DNA from: Kipferlia bialata
Taxonomy: Eukaryota
Reading direction: 5' to 3'
Length of the DNA: 33,301 nt
Assembly: GCA_003568945.1 (NCBI GenBank)
Contig: BDIP01000076.1
Location: forward strand, 1 to 33,301
In this document: positions 24,078 to 33,301 of the stretch, one piece after another
Numbering within the stretch: position 1 is the first letter of the stretch
How the letters are laid out: each line of letters starts with the position of its first letter
Program-made: the position numbers and the translations under genes
Notes under the pieces: generated by a model
Database searches by the model: none
What the model was told of the DNA's origin: nothing
What the model saw: only the letters and a program-made list of their open reading frames with translations

Positions 24078-24233
24078 CTGCAGCGAAGTGTGTGGAGAGA
24101 CATTCGGCCAAAGGCATCAGAATCGGATATTTTGAGACTTTCCGGTTTTTCATCCAGACCCCTTTTCGAAACTCTCCACACACATGCTCTGTGACGCTAC
24201 TGTCAAGCACTCTCTCTAACCTCATTCGTAGCC
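24078..24233. promoter_or_regulatory. Putative bidirectional promoter (156 bp between divergent ATGs)
   Basis: Inferred from position only; no specific motif recognised. Confidence 0.5.
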
Positions 24234-25200
24234 ATGCAATCAACTGAGCCCACAGTCCAGCACGAGGGAGCCATCTACACTCATCGGGGTGATACTTACG
24301 ATGCATACCTGTTGCGCCACAAGGGCAAGACGTGTGTAGCGTATGACACCTCCTATATTAACAGGGGTCTATATCTATCGCAGAGGGCTCTGGAGCTTCT
24401 GAGGGAGCACAATGCTAAGTACCCGGGTGAGAACCCAACTGAGCTGAACCAGAAGGAGGCAAAGGAGATGGAGGAGATGGAGAGAGATATGGGTGAGGTG
24501 TGGAGCTTGGAGACCAGCCAGGTATGGAGAGAGGAGCATGATGAATGGCAGGAGGAGTTAAGAGCCCAGGCCAAGATGGATGGGAGAAAGTACAGGTGAG
24601 CGCCGCATGCTGCATTACAATCTCCCCCTCTGTTTGCAACTCTACCTGTTACCCTACTAGTTCTTCACCCTTCCATAGTTGACACATTCTCTTTCTCTTT
24701 CTCTCATCCAGGTTCTACTCATTCAAACACTCTCTCAGACCTTCACCCATTCTCTTAGGCTCATTACTTAGGTTCCACTCTTCTTATCTCCCTGTCTCAC
24801 CTCCCAAGTCGGTCTCTTTTTCCCTCTCTCTCTCTCTCTCTCTCACATACTCTTACCCCATAGGTTTGACCCCTTTCTCGGGTGGCTGGTACGCACCCTC
24901 CCACGTGGTGCCTGCAACAGTGAGAGGGAGGCTATGATTCTCTTAAGTGATGCTCTCACTATGGGTCCCTCTGAGATTGAGATTGAGTGGCTAGACGTTC
25001 CCTCCCCATGGTGTGTCAACATACACTCCCATAGCGGCAGAGAGAGAGTGAGTGCAAACGAGTCCAGGCGGCTCCTGATGCAGATAGCGGGTCCTGTCAA
25101 CGACCCCTCCCTCACAGATGCACAGAGGGTGGAGGCGGTGAGGAGGGGACTCACTGAGTACAGAGAGGGCAACCCGGGGCACTGCGCCTCTGGGTACTGA
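24234..25200 (+). CDS. Two-exon hypothetical protein, paralog B of the divergent pair (exons 24234-24595 and 24864-25200)
   Basis: Intron GTGAG(24596)...CTTACCCCATAG(24863) in phase 2 joins KYR to FDPFLGWLVRTLPRG, matching YRFQPFLAWLLEVYLPKG of paralog A. This unites two ORFs from the track. Confidence 0.87.
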
Positions 25201-25435
25201 ATGCTTGGTACAGTATAGAGAACAATATTCATTCAGCTGGACTTGCAGCTCGCAGACCCATTGCAATATGTAGACGCTGACGTAGATCTCAATATATTTA
25301 CTAATTCAACCATTACACTCACTGGGACGTATATGTCCTAGTCTCTCAATCATCGGGTACGCTCTCAAACAAAACGAGCGCCTCTAAAACCCTCTCTCCC
25401 TCCTATCATTCACCGACCATCTGTCATGGTATTCC

Positions 25436-28041
25436 TTAGTCTCTTGTGGCAAGAGAGAAGTCCTCGTAGAGATCCATGCCGCTGGGGTGTAAGAGCAGCA
25501 GTATATATATAACCACAGAGATACGTATAGAATATATTATATAGAATGAATATTAATTAAGAGCATAATTAATTAAGAGCAGCAGAATGACCACAATACC
25601 AGTCATAATAATACATATATATGAATAATACAATATATGATATACATTCTATGATTGATACACTTATATGAATATTCAGAAGGGAGAAAGAGACTGAGCC
25701 AGTAGAAGGAAAGAGATGTCATACTTGGTGAGTGCCAGCAGGAGTGCGTCTCTGTCCTCCACTGCCAGCAGGATGTTCTTCCTGGGGGGTGAGGTATACA
25801 CTCGCTCCCACACAGACTTACTGCATATATATGTGTACATAGGATACACACGGGGGGGGTAAGGTGGGTATATATGTAAATATTAATATATACTAAAAGA
25901 TACTGAGAGAGAGGGAGAGACAACGGATGTTCTTCTTGGGGGGTAAGGCATAAATACTCTCTCTCACATACATACACATATATATGTATAGAAAAAGATG
26001 CATACCATATCCCCTCCTTTATCGTATTACACCGAGTATATATGTCAATTCATATACATAAACATATGTACACAAATTCACAATATACCTAGTCTCCTCC
26101 TCGTATATAAGACCCATACACGGTCTCCTATCTGTATATATATATCTGTATATATACATATATATATCCTATACCTAGTCTCCTCCTCGTCGTAAAACTT
26201 GATCCAGACCTCGAGGGGCATGTCGCCAGCCCTGGGGATGAGGGACCATCACTGATAACACTCCACAACTATATATCCACAACTCAAAGTGCATTCTCCC
26301 TTCCAAGAAATGAATACTATATAATACTGATAACATACATCTAACCTGACTGTGTCCAGCTCCGAGTAGTGCCTCTCTGTCTTGATCTTGGTCCCATCCA
26401 GGTTCATCAGGGAGTCCTAACAGATAAGAACAAGTATATATAACTGATACTAGTATATATAACTGATACTAGTATATATAACCATATATATATATATATA
26501 TATATTACCATCCAGGTCATCAGGGAGTCCTACAGAGTGAGTAACAACAAATGAAAACAATAGAATGAATAATGATGACAATATGGCCTGGATATCCCGG
26601 TATATACAAAAGAATAACCTTGTTGAGCTTGAAAACCCTGGACCAGGCTACGTATATGTCTATACATAGACTCTCTGAATACTTAACAAAATGTAGAATA
26701 TGTATGTATCTCTTACCTTGCTGAGCTTGAACACCCTGGACTGGGCCTTGCCCTTCCTGTTGATCTGGGGTGAGGGAGAGAGGGAGAGAGAGAGACCATA
26801 TAACAAACAATAAGAAAGACCAAGAGATATACTTGCATAGTATCCCATATATACTAATATATGCATCCCTCCCCATCTGGGTGACCCTCTGTCAATATCA
26901 TAGTATATCATAGTATATACAAGTATATTAGTATACAATATACCTTTGTGACCTCGTATGCAGAGGGGGCCTCAGTGTTCCACCAGCTGAAGCAGATCTC
27001 AAACAGCTCTCCTAGAAGGTTAGAAACATGGATAACTGTGTATCATATATATATGTATATATGTATATATTCAAGGTATGGCAGATCTCGGACAGCTCTC
27101 CTGGAGGGTGAGATGCATACTAAGTCGTGTATATCGAGAGTCTATGTCCCAATATTCAAAACGCACACATTATATATATACACATACGCCTACCTAGGAT
27201 CTCGTCCCTCTGTCTCACCGATGCACACTCGTAGATACGGGGAGCCCTAACATGAGTGAACATACAATGAGCGACATGGGATGGAAGATGTATAGGCCAC
27301 TATGTGGATTGTATACTGGTATTCACACCCTCACCTGTCGCCCTTGTCTGCTGGGAAGTATCCCACTTCCATATATGCCCATATATTATAGTTCATTAAC
27401 ATATATACATACATATATATATATATATGGAAAATATATATCTCACCTGTCGCCCTTGTCTGCTGGGAAGTATCCAACCCTGGTCTCGACCTGGGGGTGA
27501 GAAGGTGGGGTCTTAAACAGTGAATATTCCACTAATCCTATATCTACCTTAGCGTCATTGTCGATGGCAATGATGAGCACCGGCTGGTGGGTACCATACA
27601 TAATAATTCATGTATATATAGAATATATATATACACATTTATTCACTATACCTTAGCGTCATTGTCGAATGCAATGATGAGCACCGGCTGGTGTGGGGGG
27701 GCTGTGATCTCGGAGATCTCGGAGATCATCATCTCGTTCTGACGGTGAGGACAGAGGTGAAGTGTGCGTCCATATTGGTATACATACGCCCATGTATATA
27801 CGTGTATATATGTTACCCTGCACACACCTTGATGATGGCTGGGTAGTGTAATGACTGATCCCTCTACATGTACATACACACACATACAAATGATATGAAC
27901 CATGCCACTTGTACTAACCTTGATGATGGCTGGGTATGTAATGACTCATGGCTATATACATACGCACATAATAAATATATGTATACATGCTGCATTATAC
28001 CCACCTTGATGATTGCAGGGTATGCAATGACTGATGGGCAT

Positions 28042-28074
<33 letters not shown>

Positions 28075-29583
28075 CATATATATACATATATATATATATG
28101 CTAATGCACCCACCTTGATGATGGCTGGGTATGCAATGACTGATGGGCATATACATATACATATATATATATATACATACATATTAATATATATATATAT
28201 ATATATATACATGCTGCATTATACCCACCTTGATGATGGCTGGGTATGTGAGGGGCAGGGAGGCCACGGGGAGCTTGTCTGGAGGGTGAGGGGATGGCCC
28301 ATACTTATACATGTCAACGTCATATTGGATACTACTACGAACCTGGGTTGGGTGTGGGACCAACAGAGGGGTCTACTCCATAATACTAATACCATACAGT
28401 ACATATATGTATATATATACATATCTGTAAAGTACCTGGGTTGGGTGTGGGCTTCCTCTCGATGTTGAGAAGGGAGGAGGGGGTGAACTTGATCACTCTG
28501 GGGGTGAGAGGCGCACATGTAGAGTAAGGGAGAAATAGAGAAAGCGCTACCAATGTCTCTTGTATGCTACAGCACAAGCCGTACCTCTCCTGCCTCTTGT
28601 TCTTCCTGTTGACCTTGGTCACGGCATACTCCTTGGGCCTGGGGTCAGACACAGACATAATATTAGACTAAGGCTATATATATGTATAATATGTATATGT
28701 ATATGTGTGAATGTATATGGCTTGGTCACGGCATACTCCTTGGCATGGGGTGAGGCAGACACACAATAAGGCATATTCAAAGAACTCACATCAGTAACAC
28801 ATGTTCCGTTAATACTAATATCATTGCTGTAATATAGGCATGGATTCATGTGTAAATATACCTAGGGTTGACCCTGTCTGTGTATGGCTCGGGTCCAATG
28901 ACAGGGGTGGCACCCAGGGTGTACAGGAGCTCGTCGAAGGAGGTCCTGGGATCATAAGCATATGGTTACACTTACAAATACATACACATATATGAGGAGG
29001 AGAGAGGCCATGGTGTACAGGAGCTCATCGAAGGAGGTCCTGGGGTAAGTATAGTATAAATGTATACAGAAATGTAATAACATAAACACACAAGTGCCCA
29101 AAAATTACAGAGAGGTAAGGGTGTACAGGAGCTCGTCGAAGGAGGTCATGGGGTGAGAGGTATATACATAGAGTCACAGTCCCAAATACATGTATAAGTA
29201 CATAGTAACACATGGTGTACATTAACTTATCGAAGGAAGGTCCTGCGGTGAGGGGGATATATGTTAATATTCAGTAGCATATACACACATACCTGAATGC
29301 CACAAAGTCTGTGCAGATGCCCTGGCCAGAGTTGGACTCGATGTCCTGCATCACGCCTGGGGGTGGGGGTGAATATTAATACACATGCACACAAATATAC
29401 AATTAGAGGGGTAGGGAGGGAGTTCAGGTAATCTCATGTGCACACACATCGTATTGGTATATACATACCTGCCATGACGAAGTCCCTGTAGCTGCTGAGT
29501 GCCCTGTGTGCAATGGCCAGTTCACGCAGGGTGTACTCGGTCATCTGGATGGTGTCTGGGGGTCAGAGGTATGTATGGATATG

Positions 29584-29619
<36 letters not shown>

Positions 29620-32221
29620 AGGGTGTACTCGGTCATCTGGATGGTGTCTAGAGGTTAGATGCATATATGAACACTGGAACAGTGGATATATGATAGTTGT
29701 ATAGATGATATCGTACCCAGTGGGCAGAGTCCCTTGGACACCCCCTTCCATACCATCTCCATACCAATCATTGTATAGTGATACTGTATCAACACACCTA
29801 GTGGGCAGAGTCCCTTGGACACCCCCTTCCACAGCTTTTCAATACATACTATATACATATACTATATATTGTATCTCTATCGTACCGAGTGGGCAGAGTC
29901 CCTTGGACACCCCCTTCCAGTCCTGACCGGTGGGGTCAGTGATGACCTTGCGCAGGTAGGCCTCACACCTATATGTGAGTAAAACATATAGTAATATATA
30001 ATAATACAATATATAATGTAATATATACATATGCAAAGAGAGAGAGAGAGGAGATGACCTTGCGCAGGTAGGCCTCACACCTAGGGGTAAGACACAATGC
30101 AAGTACTATTGCCATTCAATATAATTATACAACTAAATCATTACCTAGGCATGTACTCATCCACCACTGTGTTCATGGGGATCATGAACTGCTCGGAGTC
30201 ACCAAACCGTACACCGTTGGAGATGGACTGGATATAAGAGGGAACAGAGAAAGAAGGATTCAAATAGCAAATCATTGGTTATAAAGGTAGTAGCGCATAG
30301 AATATACCTGAATGACTTTGGTGATGAGGATGAGGTTGCACATGAGATACAAACATACCCTTGTGTATAAATATGTTCATATGTGTATTATGTGCATATA
30401 TACGCATATGTATACTAGTATAGCATACCTGAATGACTTTGGTGATGAAAAAAAATGAAATACCAATATGTGTAAATGAATGTGTGTCCACTTGTATATA
30501 GTACATACCTGAATGACTTTGGTGATGAGGATGAGGTTGCGTCTGGCCCTCTGAGAAGGGGTCTTGCCGGCCTGGGGTGGGGTATATATAGGAGATGATA
30601 AGATGAGACGATACACTATATATATGTGTTTATCTGATATATGATATTGAAGACAATACAACACGCAGTATACGTACCACCGACACCCCGTAGAACTCGG
30701 GCACGGCAATGCCAGGGTTGAGGAACCTGATGGTGAGGAGACACACAAATGAATATACCCATATTTATACATATGAAAACTTATACATATACCGCTATGT
30801 ATTTATAGTAAAATGTACCTGAGGAAGATGAGGTTTCCGACCAGGGGCAGGATGTGGGCACCAAAGCCGTAGCGGGGGGCAAGCCTATGATAAGAGGTGT
30901 GTGTGTGAGAGAGAGACGAACATATGTGAACGGAATACCCGGGGTGAGAGAGCCCTATATTCTCTCTCATTATCCATACCGCTTCCCACCTACATATTGT
31001 ACACTAGTATATATCTAATACCTAGCCACTGTGGCGCAGAGTGCCCTGAGCTCGAGGGGCATGAGGTCGAGGGTCTGGGGTGAGGGTATGCAGATACATA
31101 CACACACACACACATATATATATATTAATATAAATATATCTATCTATCTATATATATATATACCCCTACCTCGTCAGACATGATGTGGTCCATGAAGAGA
31201 CACAGTACCGACAATGCATCAAACACACATACATCAATATATAACATCTATATATATCAATATACTCTCTCATATAACAACCTATATATACCCTTCTTCC
31301 CATACCTCGTCAGACATGATGTGGTCCATGAAGAGACGCACAAGGTCAGACAGCTTGGCAATGTTGGACTGGGGGTGAGTAATGGGATATATATACATAT
31401 GTATATACCTAAGATATCTATAAATAGACTCTTCTATAAATAGATTACCCACCTCGAGAGTCTTGGGCCTCTTCTCGGGGTCGATCTCGTACACCTGGGG
31501 GTCAGTATGCATGTAGCATATAAATTCAAGTGAATAAAGGAAAACAATTCAAATGTACACAGGGTTTTATGCAATCAGTGTTAACGAGGACAGTTACTCT
31601 CTAAACATGAGAAATAAACCCATCCCATACCTCCATCCTCTTAGCCATCACCCCCTCCACCAGCTGTGCCAGCGTGTTGTGCAGGTAGGTGCGGGAGGTG
31701 TTGAGCACAAAGTTACCAGTGGCCCTGGTGTTAGAAGGGTATCCCTACTATTCAATTATGCATTCTATGGGTGCGCCAATTTGACACCTGGAGATTGTAC
31801 GTGAATATATGTGGAAATATAGAAGGATGGGAGAGCTACCTGTTGGGTCAGTCTGCTCCTCTCACTCTCACGTCTATATACATACATACACAATTACACA
31901 TACATACATAGATATATATGAATATGTATGTCTATGTACCCGTTGGGCAGTCTGCCCCTCTCACACTATCATATACATATATACACTTATACACATTCAT
32001 ATATAAATATATCCACACCTGTTGGGCAGTCTGCTCCTCTCACGCATGAAGGTGGTCCAGTCGGCCTGGGGGGTGAGATATATTATATACATATATATAT
32101 ATATGTGCAACAGAGCATCCACTATACCTTTGCGAACTCGAACTCTGCCTCGATCAGCTTCTCCAGCACAAAACACCTGTAGAATACTTATATATATACA
32201 TCTATATATACTGTGTGTATA

Positions 32222-32258
<37 letters not shown>

Positions 32259-32759
32259 GTACCATAAACTTCAGTAAATGTTACCTTTGCAAACTCAGAC
32301 TCTGCCTCGATCAGCTTCTCCAGCACAAAGTACCTCTTTGATATCTCTTTTATATATACATCTATATATACTATGTGTATATGCATATGACATCATGAGT
32401 GTTTGTGTGTATCCTACCTTTGCGAACTCGAACTCTGCCTCGATCAGCTTCTCCAACACAAACAGCTGGGTGGATGTGTCATGGCAGGCCTTGAGGATGA
32501 ACTGGGCCATGCCACTGGGGGTAAGAATCAGACAAATATTAAGGTATGCCATAAATATTATGGGTATATATATATATGCCTTGAGGATGAACTGGGCCGT
32601 GCCGCTGGGGTTAGATAGGTATATATATGTATAGAGAGAGAGAGTGTGTGTGTGTGTGAGAGAGAGAGTGAGATAGAGAGAGTATCGGGGCAGGCCTTGA
32701 GGATGAACTGGGCCATGCCGCTGGGAGTCAGATATACACACATATATATAAATACTAAC

Positions 32760-32791
<32 letters not shown>

Positions 32792-33246
32792 GTAAATATG
32801 GCATGGTTTGCTATAAATAATACGGGTATATGCCTTGAGGATGAACTAGGTCATGCCACTCTGGGTTAGATACAAGGATCATAATGCTATACAGTAGTAT
32901 ATATATCCACTATACATATCAGAGGTTAGATAGTGACTGTATTCATAGTACCTGCACTGACTGGGCCTGACTGTGTTTGAGATGATCTTGAGCACTGGTA
33001 TATATGTATATATACCTATATGTATATATATACTTGTGAATATATATATACTAGTACCTGCACTGACTGGGCCTGACTGTGTTTGAGATGATACACATAT
33101 ATAAATTATATATAGTGCATATATGGTGAATATATAGTGAATACATAGTGAATATATACACACTAATACCTGCACTGACTGGGCCTGACTGTGTTTGAGA
33201 TGATCTTGAGCACAAAGGGGTTGGTGCGCACAAAGGCAATCAGAAG
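25436..33246 (-). CDS. RasGAP-domain protein with two C-terminal PH-like repeats; 5' end outside the window
   Basis: Exons 33246-33170, 32514-32418, 32065-32019, 31724-31631, 31494-31453, 31368-31306, 31074-31022, 30884-30819, 30726-30678, 30571-30509, 30227-30145, 29968-29886, 29555-29469, 29356-29293, 28945-28862, 28638-28585, 28497-28436, 28278-28229, 27738-27652, 27490-27447, 27246-27194, 27011-26944, 26764-26717, 26416-26346, 26231-26175, 25781-25725 and 25481-25436 splice in frame. RasGAP hallmarks: TTFMRE (arginine finger, FR-like), YEIDP, MPLELRALC, VGNLIFLRFLNPGIAVPEFYG (FLR motif), and RRNLILITKVIQSISNGVRFG..EQFMIPMN. Confidence 0.92.
25925..33092 (-). repeat. Intronic partial duplicates ('echoes') of adjacent exon ends in the RasGAP gene
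   Basis: Approximate spans: 33059-33092, 32952-32995, 32688-32720, 32285-32328, 32128-32173, 30429-30448, 30308-30339, 29798-29831, 29718-29750, 29011-29039, 29119-29147, four YPAIIK echoes at 27828-28133, 27548-27590 and 27335-27364. Confidence 0.95.
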
Positions 33247-33248
33247 CT

Positions 33249-33252
<4 letters not shown>

Positions 33253-33301
<49 letters not shown>
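33253..33301 (+). repeat. (GA)n microsatellite running off the window end; many other (TA)n/(GA)n/(CA)n tracts occur in introns (e.g. 1098-1132, 5698-5728, 32226-32255)
   Basis: Read directly from the sequence. Confidence 0.95.

Noticed and set aside
895..33239. Most ORFs in the six-frame track (YIYIYI, HTHTH and LSLSL-rich)
   Set aside because: They are translations of intronic microsatellites, or read-through from short exons into introns.
1..33301. tRNA, rRNA or snRNA genes
   Set aside because: None was recognisable by eye; an Infernal/tRNAscan run would be needed to exclude small ncRNAs.

Overview
Eukaryotic, very intron-dense genomic DNA. Introns are short GT-AG, rich in (TA)n/(GA)n, and end in a branch point fused to the acceptor (YTNA-CCCCCAG-like). 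This resembles metamonad protists such as Kipferlia, but the taxon is my inference. Contents: (1) the 3' part of a large multi-exon uncharacterised gene on + (<66-14698); (2) a central island (~14.7-25.4 kb) with two tandem paralogous C2H2 zinc-finger genes on -, a third degenerate finger module, an exon with a 75-bp acidic repeat, and a head-to-head paralog pair resembling a phage/virus-type hypothetical family; (3) the 3' part of a RasGAP gene with two C-terminal PH-like repeats on - (25436->33246). The most striking signal is in the introns of both large genes. They are filled with partial 'echo' copies of the neighbouring exon ends: 5'-end copies lie upstream and 3'-end copies downstream, usually keeping one splice site. 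In several clear cases the echoes differ from the real exon only at synonymous positions. Most entries in the supplied ORF track are artefacts of microsatellite-rich introns.
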